DNA of 41,971 nucleotides from Perkinsus olseni (Eukaryota): NCBI GenBank assembly GCA_013115125.1, contig JABANN010000291.1, positions 1 to 41,971 of the forward strand, read 5' to 3'. Shown piece by piece: positions 1 to 10,152 of this stretch (position 1 is its first letter; each line of letters starts with the position of its first letter). The notes under the pieces were generated by a model. It saw only the letters and a program-made list of their open reading frames with translations, ran no database searches and was not told where the DNA came from. The position numbers and the translations under genes were made by a program.

Positions 1-149
1 AAGTTTGTTTGTTCTAATCTCCATCCTCCCCCTCGCGTCGTGTTCCACAGTCCCGGACGGTGCAAACTAACACGCCCCATCGAGTCTTGAACTCGGAGTA
101 CGCAAGGCCAGCACTCGATAGTCGTTCCGATTCTTCTGCTGTCTGTCAG

Positions 150-404
150 GTCATCCCGGAGGGTCTCAAGACCACCGGCGAGGCTTTGTCTTATCGCGAG
201 TTGGTTCATAAGGGAGCTCCCACCGATGGCTCTGGCGAGTTCGATGGCTACTACTACGATTCGCAGACACAGATCGACGAGAAGGCCCGCCTGGTGACCT
301 CTGTGAACATGCAAGGCATCACCTTTGTTGGTCTGGGCGATGATCTGCCCATCAGCGATGGCAGATCTTTGTTACGTACGGCCATCCGCGCGTTCCACGC
401 ATGA
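150..404 (+). CDS. Last exon of a GH18 chitinase-like protein (5' part outside window)
   Basis: After acceptor ctgtcag(149): VIPEGLKTTGEALSYRELVHKG...YYYDSQTQIDEKARLVTSVNMQGITFVGLGDD. Resembles the GH18 C-terminal pattern (Y.EI...YD..S..KA......LGG...W.L..DD). Confidence 0.6.
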   Translation, partial: VIPEGLKTTGEALSYRELVHKGAPTDGSGEFDGYYYDSQTQIDEKARLVTSVNMQGITFVGLGDDLPISDGRSLLRTAIRAFHA

Positions 405-618
405 GCGCGGCGCCCTTACAATTTTCCACCAGTACTCAGGAACGTCTGAGTTCATTTTTCTTCACTCGTATTCTTATTTACCTTTCCCCCATCTTGCGTT
501 GTTCTTTAAGATCATGCAGTGAAGGTCGGCTAAGAACGGAAGCCTTGCACGCATGCACACGACGGAGCGACGCAATTGTTTTCGCTCGCGCGCGCCCGAA
601 CGCATTGAGACACTCGTA

Positions 619-3000
619 TCAGTCTCTCCCGTCTCGGAGGAAGGTAGTAGTTGTGGTCTCTCTCATCGTGGTAGTTGTAGTCACAGTGGTAGTTGTAGTC
701 TTTCTCGTCGTGGTAGTTGTGGTCATAATGGGAGTTGTAGTCTTTCTCGTCATAGTAGTTGTAGTCACAGTGAGAGTTGTAGTCACAGTGAGAGTTGTAG
801 TCACAGTGGAAGTTGTAGTTTTTCTTGTCGTAGTAGTTGTAGTCTTTCTCGTCGCAGTAGTTGTAGGTAAAGTGAGAGTTGTAGTCATAGTGGGAGTTGT
901 ATCCTTTCTCGTCGTAGTCACAGTGGTAGTCACAGTGGTAGTTGTAGTCACAGTGGGAGTTGTAGTCTTTCTCGTCGTAGTAGTTACAGTTACAGTGAGA
1001 GTTGTAGTCCCAGTGGAAGTTGTAGTCACAGTGGTAGTTGTAGTCACAGTGGGAGTTGTAGTCACAGTGGAAGTTGTAGTCACAGTGTAAGTTGTAGTCA
1101 CAGTGGGAGTTGTAGTCACCGTGGAAGTTGTAGTCTTTCTCTTCGTAGTAGTTGCAGTCTTTCTCTTCGGAGTAGTTGTTAGTTGTAGTCATAATGGGAG
1201 TTGTAGTCACAGTGAGAGTTGTAGTCACAGTGGGAGTTGTAGTCACAGTGGAAGTTGTAGTCACAGTGGAAGTTGTAGTCACAGTGGAAGTTGTAGTCAC
1301 CGTGGAAGTTGCAGTCTTTCTCTTCGTAGTTGTTGCAGTCTTCCTCTTCGGAGTAGTTGTTAGTTGTAGTCATAATGGGAGTTGTAGTCACAGTGAGAGT
1401 TGTAGTCACAGTGAGAGTTGTAGTCACAGTGGGAGTTGTAGTTTTTCTCGTCGTAGTAGTTGTAGTCACAGTGGAAGTTCTAGTCTTTCTCGTGGTGGTA
1501 GTTGTGGTCTCTCTCATCGTGGTAGTTGTAGTCACAGTGGAAGTTGTAGTCTTTCTCGTCGTAGTAGTTGTAGTCACAGTGGAAGTTGTAGTCCCAGTGG
1601 AAGTTGTAGTCTTTCTCGTGGTAGTAGTTGTAGTCTCTCTCATCGTGGTAGTTGTAGTCACAGTGGAAATTGTAGTCTTTCTCGTCGTAGTAGTTGTAGT
1701 CACAGTGGGAGTTGTAGTCACAGTGATAGTTGTAGTCCAGTGGGAGTTGTAGTCTTTCTCGTCGTAGTAGTTATAGTTACAGTGAGAGTTGTAGTCACAG
1801 TGGGAGTTGTAGTATACAACCAGCATAGCTCACTGACACTGCTCACTGGAGTATCACCAATCTTTAGCACTGCTCACTGGAGTATTCTTGCTGGAGTATT
1901 CATTACTGTATTGTAGTAATCGTGACGAAAGCTGCCCTACGCTCTGCACAGCGGAAATGCTCATCACCACACAGCATACGCCCCGATTTGGGAGAAGAAA
2001 CACTGCAACGCAAGAGGGAATTTCTCTGAGGAATGCGCAACCCCAGAGGGGATTTCCTTCACTCAATGAAGTCCCCCCTGTAACCAGCTCCCAAACATAC
2101 AGACGGCTCGAGGACGGCAGTGAGTGAATCTCCAAATTCAAATCAGTTCCTATTTCCAGCAAGGTGCACACTAAATCCGTCACAACCTTGGAAGGAAAGG
2201 ATTTGCAAAACCCCCAACAACCTAGAAGTATCAAGGCCGATCGAGCAGTTCACTATGTAGAACAAAAGCTCCAGTACAGTGAAGTTCAGTAAAGTTCAGT
2301 TATGTGCTCATCAAACACTCTTACAATCTCACTCTTTTTCTTATGGATTCCGCCAGATATACCTGAACTGCAATGCACGGCTAACTAGTCGTGATGGAAG
2401 CTATCCTTCACCACCGCTCATCACCACCCAGCATACGTCAACGTCGGTGCCGGAGTCAACAATACGCGGGTGGTCAACCTCGTACCACCTGGCAAGCCGA
2501 AGGCAATACACAGTAGTAAAAGGAGATCAGAGCCTCTGTTCACCAAGCGCCATACCTCGGGTATGAATCAAGTGGGATGCACGGTGTCTGGCCCGGTAGC
2601 TCTTCGATACTGGCCCTGCCAGATCAATGGATTATGCTAAATAACGAGCTAACCCAGCAACCGAATTGAGAAATACCAACGCAACAAAATCGTAGGCCGA
2701 AACCACACTCGCCATCTTATATGAAAGATCAACCATCTGTCAGAACCTGCTGCCTGACAGGTGGTGGTAGTTCTCGTAGAATGTATACTAGTAGTTGCAG
2801 TTGTCTAAGAAGGCCTGTTAGTACTGTTAGTTATCCTAGAACCCATGCTGGAACTTCCAGCCTGGAAGTGACGGTTGCTGGTAGGGATGACTGTCTCAAA
2901 ATGGTAACCCAGAACCTCATCAAGATCTATGACAGTGATGAATACCTCGCTTGTGTGGTCCCCACGGGCAACCTTCCCTTTCCCCGTAGCAGACATCATC
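619..3000 (-). pseudogene. Probable multi-exon Thr-rich mucin-like gene, frameshifted within the repeat (or mis-assembled)
   Basis: Thr-rich frames 619-1119, 1180-1300 and 1360-1740 are separated by 1-nt shifts. An upstream AG/GT-bounded mini-exon at ~2766-2805 reads TTATTSIHSTRTTTT. Two similar intron-like segments (gtatgctg.gtggtgatgagc) lie at ~1945-1980 and ~2405-2437. The 5' end is approximate. Confidence 0.4.
640..1815. repeat. Minisatellite array of 18-bp units (gttgtagtcacagtggga/gaa/aga) interspersed with gtctttctcgtcgtagta variants; includes a 181-bp higher-order duplication (~1121 and ~1302)
   Basis: Directly visible. Minus strand reads TTTPTV/TTRKTT repeats; plus strand reads poly-Val. 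Confidence 0.95.
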
Positions 3001-3100
3001 ATATTTTGTAGCTCACAGCATATCGGAGTAGCACTGAGTAGGCGATATTTCACCACTTCCCCTTAATGGAAACGCTTCCGACGGATAAGGAGGGAAAAAT

Positions 3101-3180
3101 GGTTTAGGGGCGGAGAAAGACTTTTAGGGGCGGAAAAAGTCTTTTAGGGGCGGTTGAAGTATTTTAGGGGCGCGCGAAAG
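3101..3180. repeat. 4 x 20-bp tandem repeat with core TTTAGGGGCG
   Basis: Units start at 3101, 3121, 3141 and 3161, about 160 bp upstream of ATG 3337. Confidence 0.9.
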
Positions 3181-3336
3181 TGCAGGCCAAGGAAGGTATC
3201 CTAGCTTGATTCTGGATGGATTCGAAATAGGTCGGATACGCGCAGTCGAGGATCAGTAATCTATTGTTTGCGACTCCTCATTGTAATGTTGCCCCTCCAA
3301 AACTCTCTCGGATCGTTTCATCGCCTTTCACCCATC

Positions 3337-5121
3337 ATGATCGCTGCTAGGCTCTTTGCCACCCGAGCAGGAGGGGTGCTCGCAACCGCAGGTCAATTGC
3401 TTCTTCTGACGCCTTTCTGATGCCGTACTGTCCTCTTTACAGGTCTCCGTCCAAGCTTCACGCCCGCTTTGGCGCCTCCCCGACTATCCTCAAACAGAAT
3501 CGCGCTGTTTTCCACTGGTAAGTCCCGCTGCTTCCGTGCCTTGTGAAAATACCATTTATTTTCTCGTGGGTATGCTCAACCCCTGTTTAATCATTGGTCG
3601 TAATGAATGAGAGCACAAGTTCACAGGAGTTTGAGTATAGAGGATAAACTTAGTTTTCTATTACGTGCACTGCTCGACACTGTCGTTTTCACGCTCAAGC
3701 GAGCGAGGCTATATACGAATCAGGGATGGCGAGGACATGTTGAGCCGCTCGATCACTTAGTCAAGTCATTAATAGTATCAGCTTTCTCGTACGTGCGTGA
3801 AAGAAAATTCCGATTGAGCGTAGAGTGACCTTATTTAATCGTGGCGTGTCCTTTGCCAAGATATTGGTTCTACTACTACTACTACTACTACTACTACAAC
3901 CTCTTCTTCCCCTCAAGCTCATCATCCTTCATCTACCGGAACTGTCCCCATGACATCTTTGCCTGGCACAAAAGACGACAGCGCGTATGCTCTGGTATTT
4001 ACATGCAAAAAGTGCAACACGAGGAGCGCGAAGAAAATCTCTAAGGTGAGGGTGGGAGCCGTCATTTCAGTTGCGCTCATCTCGGGAAGGCTGAGAATAC
4101 GTTTGTTTTAAGGGTAGAACTTCTAGCCTAGAAGGAAGGGGTATCACCTCGTTGGGGGATACAATCTTCTTTTGAAGAAACTTTGGTTCTCCCCAATAGC
4201 GTCCAGAAAAGCACGACCAGTAACTGGGCGTGCTCTTCTATTTGAATACAGAACCCCATAGAGAGTTGGTTGAAGAACACTAGCCATCCCGTTGTTGAAT
4301 CGGTAATCGTTCTGTGGTGATGGCTATAGGAAATATTTATCCTGAATGTCCATTGCAAGTGCAACGCGATCAAAATTTAGACTATTCCGCGCAGCGATGG
4401 TTGTTTTATCTTCAGCATTCCTATCACAACGGTATTGTTATTGTACGCTGTCCCGGCTGTGAGAAGCTGCATTTGATTGCGGATCATTTTTGCTGGTTCG
4501 GAGGTGAGCATGGGGCCTGGCGGTGGTACATTTTCTCTCACACTTTCGCATACATCCGTCACGGCTCACGAATCGTGGGTTGTTTCCTAGTCTGGCGGCT
4601 GGGGGCCGAAAAGGGTCGTACAGAATAGTTTCGGTGAGGTTGCTCACGTTATCGCGGCTTTGAACGGTGTGATTGCTCGACATTAGTGGGCATTGGGACA
4701 GCTAAGGCCGAGGGGCAACGCCGTCAGTGCATTAACGAGACGCTTCACTCCCGATTCCAACGTCCACTGTCCATGGCGAGGCGGGAAATCTCTCTATGCT
4801 GTGTGATCAGATGAACCACAGACGATTGAGGACATCCTTCGCGAGAAAGGGGAGACTGTTGTGAAGGGCACCGTCGAGGACGCATCCAAGGCTGATCAAA
4901 CTGTCGTTGCGGGCGCGATTGCTGATGCTATAGACGAGAAAGAAGAGATCGAACTTAGAGAGGGAGAGGTAGGATCGAGTTGGTCTCACGCCGGTCGTAG
5001 CTGGTTGACTCTCTTTTTATAGACCCTCCCGGATGTACAAATAGAAGGTTTGGATGAGGATAGTATTAGGAAACTGCAGCTTGAAATCGTTAGGAAACAG
5101 CGAGAAGAGCAAGATGCGTAA
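3337..5121 (+). CDS. Mitochondrial DNL-type zinc-finger Hsp70 escort protein (Hep1/Tim15/Zim17-like), 6 exons
   Basis: Transit-like MIAARLFATRAGG. Spliced exons ~3861-4044, 4416-4503, 4811-4968 and 5022-5121 give LVFTCKKCNTRSAKKISK|HSYHNGIVIVRCPGCEKLHLIADHFCWFG|DEPQTIEDILREKGETV, the canonical zf-DNL domain. Confidence 0.93.
3870..3897. repeat. (TAC)n microsatellite encoding poly-Thr in the DNL gene
   Basis: tactactac... run read in frame as GSTTTTTTTTTTSSS. Confidence 0.85.
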
Positions 5122-5236
5122 GACGCATTCAACTGACATTGTGTTGTATAAACCCTTGAGTTCTTTTCTCTTATGCTTGTTACGTAGGATTTTCGATTGT
5201 AGAGTCCGCTGGATTTGTTCATCAATTGGCAATGGA

Positions 5237-5317
5237 TGGACGAATGGGGAGGCTGGGGCGCGCTAGGTTCCCATGCCGGGAGTCCTGGGTTCGATTCCCA
5301 CTGCCGGGATCTCTTTT
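5237..5317 (+). pseudogene. tRNA-like element (A-box, B-box, TTTT) without an intact cloverleaf; tRNA pseudogene or SINE relic
   Basis: A-box-like tggacgaatgg (5237); ttcccatgccgggagtcctgGGTTCGATTCCcac, similar to a tRNA-Gly 3' half; then tttt. Stems pair poorly. Confidence 0.55.
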
Positions 5318-5385
5318 CGGTATTCGTGCGACTGGGAATATCTGGAGTCGGTTCTCAGCTTTACTTGTTGTTTCTCTTATTTCAT

Positions 5386-6898
5386 ATGCTTGCCTCTTCC
5401 CGTCTTCCTCTTACACTATCCAGGTCATTCATGATAGTTTCTACCACACCTTCACCAAATCGTTTACTCACCACCCTGGCTAAGCGTAGGTTCACTTGCG
5501 GCTGTGATCGATCCGATGCCTGCTTGAACGACGGAGGCCACTATGCCACGTTGTGCAAGCACAGTGGTCACGAAGTTGAAGCGCTGATCCAGTTTCTGAG
5601 TGCTGTTTTGAAGCCCATGTGCTGCCATATGGCATAGTGGCCCTCATTTCTGCATATTCCCCTTTTTCCTGTAACAAGCTGTATCGTGCAGGTGAACATC
5701 GCTCCGCGGTCAGCTCGGCGGCACGCCGAGGGTTGAGAGGTAACGTCCCTCTTACTCGTCTTCCTCGTGGCAGCACTGAGGCAGTCGACGTCAGTTCCTA
5801 CAACATAATCTACACGTGCAGGGACTGCTCGACCAAGGGCGCGTGGATGATATCCAAGGTCATTACTATCACTGGACTTCCGCAACGGTTGCTATCTTCG
5901 GAGTACCGAATTGCGAAACCGTTATATCTTCCATCGGCCAGGAGGCTGATGGTGAATCTCTCCGGGGTTCGGTCGAATGCGTGCTCCCTTTAGCACTCCT
6001 ATCATCATGGTATGGTCGGAGTGCAATGCCCTGGATGCGGCCAGGCCCATCTTATATCGGATTCACTGGGCTGCTTCGCAGGTGAGTCACGATGGTTGCC
6101 GAGGGAACTTACCCCCCCCCCCCACCCGTTTCTATAGTATCATTCTAGTACTCAGAATTGATTTGTACACGTGAAATGTGGTTTAAGAACTGGTTTATTG
6201 AACATTTCCTTATAAGTAGAGGAAACGGCGGGAAAGGGGTGGTCGCCCGCAACGGAAGTGAGGAGTGGTCCCGTTGAGGAGATCTCGTTCGGAGCTTGCT
6301 GGGCTTCGTGAAGATTCGGCTCCGAGGTCGATCGGAAAACCTCACGTGTCCCGCCTTGTGTGCTCTCCACCTCCACCGGTCCCGTGGTGGTAGGAATCCC
6401 CCGATCGGACCATGTGAGAATTCGTGAGAGGTTCGAAGATCTCATCAGCAGCAGCGCCAGTATGTATGGTGATCTTCCTGACCAGCACAAGGTAGTACTA
6501 TTGGGCCCTCGACGATTTCTTCATGGTATCGGCTTTCTAGCAGAAATTCGTTAACCAAAGATACTGTAGCGTGCTCTGCTGAGTTCTAATGGGAGAGGTT
6601 AGCCACACAGAATTGGTACAAATCTCATTCCCGCTGACTCCGGGGATCCTTCGGCACCTGAGGTGATGAACCTTTATGAGGTGGTGGTGGATGAACTCAT
6701 CAACGCCATTCAGCGGCCAGGGTCACGATCAGGCTTTCTGTGCCTCTATTAGCTCGCCCGAAGCTTTAAGTCTTGCCGCACTGCGGACCCACTGTATTTC
6801 AGAGTCTCCCTGAAATCCAGGTGGAAGGGTTCGATGGGGATGCCTTGCGAAGGCTGCAACTGAGAATCATTGAGGAAATGCAAGAAGAGCAAGATTGA
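5386..6898 (+). CDS. Second, diverged DNL zinc-finger paralog
   Basis: Transit-like MLASSRLPLTLSRSF. YNIIYTCRDCSTKGAWMISK| (ends 5858), HSYHHGMVGVQCPGCGQAHLISDSLGCFA| (5994-6081), and last exon SLPEIQVEGFDGDALRRLQLRIIEEMQEEQD* (6803-6898), homologous to the last exon of the first copy. Middle exons unresolved. Confidence 0.85.
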
Positions 6899-7471
6899 TG
6901 TTATGCATCCTGTTAAATATCACGTTCCTGTGTTATATATCCTACTGTCCACGCGTTTATTATCGGCATCTATTTCTAGTCTCATTATTTCCCCGCGTTA
7001 AAAATATTACTGGTGGGATTGAACCCGGGTGGACCACGGTGCCAACATATCAGCTCGTGTTAGTAACTATGTTGTTTGTCGTCGGTGTTCGATCGACCCC
7101 TCACGATAACGAGGCCGAAGTGCTGAGCGGGGTACGTCACCCTCTCCATCCGTGTCGTGACGTTATCCTTTAGGTCATTGCATTGCTGTCGTGGGTCCTC
7201 CAGTTTACTCTACCCCTGGTGTTTGTAGGGATTTATTTTAAAGTAAGATGCGCGCGCAGCCGAGAGAAATTGTTGCTTTTGTGGTGGTTGCGCCTGACGC
7301 TCTGAGCTTCTTTTTCGTCTACGTGTCACACTTGGTACGCAAACCTCGGAAGGGGACTACTCGTTTTCAGCTAACTAACGGGCGGGCTGCACCGATACGT
7401 CGCGCCGCTGTGGAGAAGGTAGAGGTTGTTGAAGGAGGGGAAAAGGCTGGAAGTGATGGCAACAGCTTTGA

Positions 7472-9810
7472 TATGGCGCCGCGGATGAGTGATGATGATG
7501 AATGTGGGCATGATGGGAAGAGCTCTGATTATGATGGTGACTCGGAGGGTTCTGTTGGCGATGATGAGGAGAGCGCGAGTGAAGAAACTGATGGAAAAAT
7601 GGGAAAGTCCTGCGAGAAGCTATTTGCCGAGAGTTTCGTGATTGATGAGAACGAGCTTGAGAGCACGGACGATCTATTGAGAAGAATCAACGAGGATAAT
7701 GACGATAGTTGCCGCGTGGATGATGATGACGACGGGCGGAGCGAAGTGAGAAATGTTTCACATATTTGGAGTTCATAGAGTTCGCAGAGGTCGCAGATCT
7801 CGTACCAAATTTCCCTCAGATCTCGAGTCCAGAGGCTTCCCCAATAGTTCATAATACTTTCGGTGAGGACAACATTTGGAAGCCGAAGCCCGGTAGCAGC
7901 AGCTGTTCAAGTCCGGCAAACCTTCCTGCCGCTACTCTACCCAACTCATGGGACGCCTTTGATGCCGCTCCGGCAGGTGAGGACACTTGCGAGATTCTTG
8001 CGGCTGGGAAAATCACCGGTCACATCAGCAGCAGCAACGAAATATATAGAGATTGATGATAATATGATCTTCATGGGTAGTGCGTGAATTGGTATGTCAT
8101 AAAAAAGTAGAAAAATATTTGCGAAAATCAGAAAAAATATTTGCGGAAAACAGAAAAAAAAGAAGAAATATTTGTGAAAAACAGAAAAAATAATTTAGAT
8201 AAAGATGTTTTTAGAGTATAAACATTATAAGTGAATCTTACAACATGCTGGTGACCCTGTTAGGTAATGATGGATCCTATCTTGGCACCTCTCTTGATGA
8301 AGTCTTGGAGTTCAACGAAAAGTGTAAGTTTGTTGGGTCTATAGGATGCTGATCTTTGGCGAATCTTACGTACTCTCTGGCGCGGGCGGTGCATACTACT
8401 GCAACTACGCCTCTCGTTTGAAGATTGCGGAATACTTAGGTGAAGCTGAGGCTAGCGGAGAAGGGCATCAGGAGTTGTATAATGGATTAGAGGACCACCG
8501 AAGGGATGGTAAGTTCGAATATGTGAGGCGCGGGTTCGATTCCTGGCGATGACGTTTTTCTAGAAAACGACCCGGACGTAGGCCAGGCGCGATCGACCGA
8601 AGCGAAAAATGCGGCCGCCCGACAAGCACTGGAGTTGGCGATAGAAAGATATCCGCGGGAGGTAAATCTAAACCAGACTGTTTTGTAGAAAGCGCTCGCC
8701 CGAGTGGTCGATGCGTGTCCGAACTTTGGCTCAGGCGGCCTTTGTCTGCCACCAACTGCTGCAGAATCTGACGAGCGAAAGAATTCTGATCCAGCCCGAA
8801 ACGTGAGACTTTCGAAAGCCGCCAGCGGGAATCTTTGTACGCGTATCTTACCAGGTACGACCTCATGATACGGGCGGCTGAGGTTGCGGGTCACCAAGGG
8901 CTCGCCAGTCTACTGTATAGCAATGCTGGAAGTAACGCCACTGGGGAGCCTCTCTCTTGCGCTGTGTTTATGCGAGATTCGAATAGTCTTTTATTTTCTT
9001 TACGCCCGATCGTGTTGGGGAGGGGAATGCCTGAGTTTTTTTGCGGCAGAGTTGGTATGGTTCTTGGAAAAAAATCGTGAAATTTTCTTTCTGTCAGGAG
9101 CCAATCAGCAGCCTTCCAGCGTACGAGTTCCCTATCCACCTCCGGCAGACAGGCAATATGTGATGCCGGACGCACTGAGTCTTGGGAGCAATCAGCTCAG
9201 GGTAATGACAGCCGTGGGATTCGAACCCGGGATCTTGATGGACTTCTTCTCAGCTCTATCCGGTGGTCACTCCGTCAGTTCCAGGGAGAGGAGATCATCT
9301 TGCTCCAATGACGAGGTGAGGATGTAATTTTGTGGCGCGCGACATGTCCAGACCTGAGCAGGTCTCTGGACGCGCTATCACAACACCAGCGGACCGTGCA
9401 GTTTGCCGCGGCGGCAGCGGCCGCTACTGCGTATCGTCAACAGCAGCAAGTAGGAGGATATTCTCGGGTTCATTTCCGCTTCGCTCCACCCCGTTCGTTT
9501 CTGCATTTTTGTTGTTTTCAGTATTTACTATTTACACAGCTCGCTGCTGCTTCTCGAGCAACAGCACCTACCGACAACGTGAGGCGTGTGTCTATGTGTA
9601 TGCGTGCATACCATATTTCCCCCAAATCAGGCTCATCACCCCATTCATACCCCCCAGGCTCCGAGCGCCATGGCGGCCCTAGAGATCATGTATCAACGAC
9701 AACAACAGCAGCAGCAGCAGCTGATGAGTGCTCATCAAGCGAGATTAACCCAGCAACAGAAGGAGGGCCACATGACCCGGTCGACTCATAGTCTGGGGGT
9801 CCCTATGGTA
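7472..9810 (+). CDS. Hypothetical multi-exon protein: acidic N-terminus, central helical/PPR-like segment, Gln-rich C-terminus (3' end approximate)
   Basis: MAPRMSDDDE...; spliced QALELAIERYPRE|KALAR|AAFVCHQLLQNLTSERILIQPET|YDLMIRAAEVAGHQGLASLLY resembles a PPR motif; YQRQQQQQQQLM near 9690. Confidence 0.6.
8105..8200. repeat. A-rich ~21-30 bp degenerate tandem repeat (aaatatttgcgaaaa.cagaaaa) in an intron
   Basis: Three to four visible copies. Confidence 0.75.
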
Positions 9811-10152
9811 GGCCTGCTGGTTTGAGGGAAGGACTGCATCACCCCTGCTAGGTGCCTAAGAACGGTGCGGCTTCCAGGTGAACTACCGCTCTGAGCGGTC
9901 GATAGAGATTGACAGTTTTTAAGAGGGTGTGATTCTGCTTTGCATTTTAGTGATGTAGTTGTTCCTGATGTGTTACCATCTTTCGCCAAAACCTCCCGAA
10001 CATCCTCGACGACAACTAACATCGCGTTCAGCATGATGTCATTATACCAGCCTGTTGTTACACGGTTCTCTTGAGTTCAAGGGAGGGATGCCGCTTCTGA
10101 ACGATTCTCGGTGCTGGAAATTTCCTCATCAGTGTCAAACTCAATCAGCCTT

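Noticed and set aside
640-1815. CRISPR-like array
   Set aside because: Contiguous tandem units with no unique spacers; eukaryotic context; no cas genes.
401-1916. Plus-strand poly-Val and SCSH-rich ORFs
   Set aside because: By-products of the stop-poor minisatellite; no independent coding evidence.
5237-5310. Functional tRNA-Gly gene
   Set aside because: Acceptor, anticodon and T stems do not pair properly; kept only as a tRNA-like relic.
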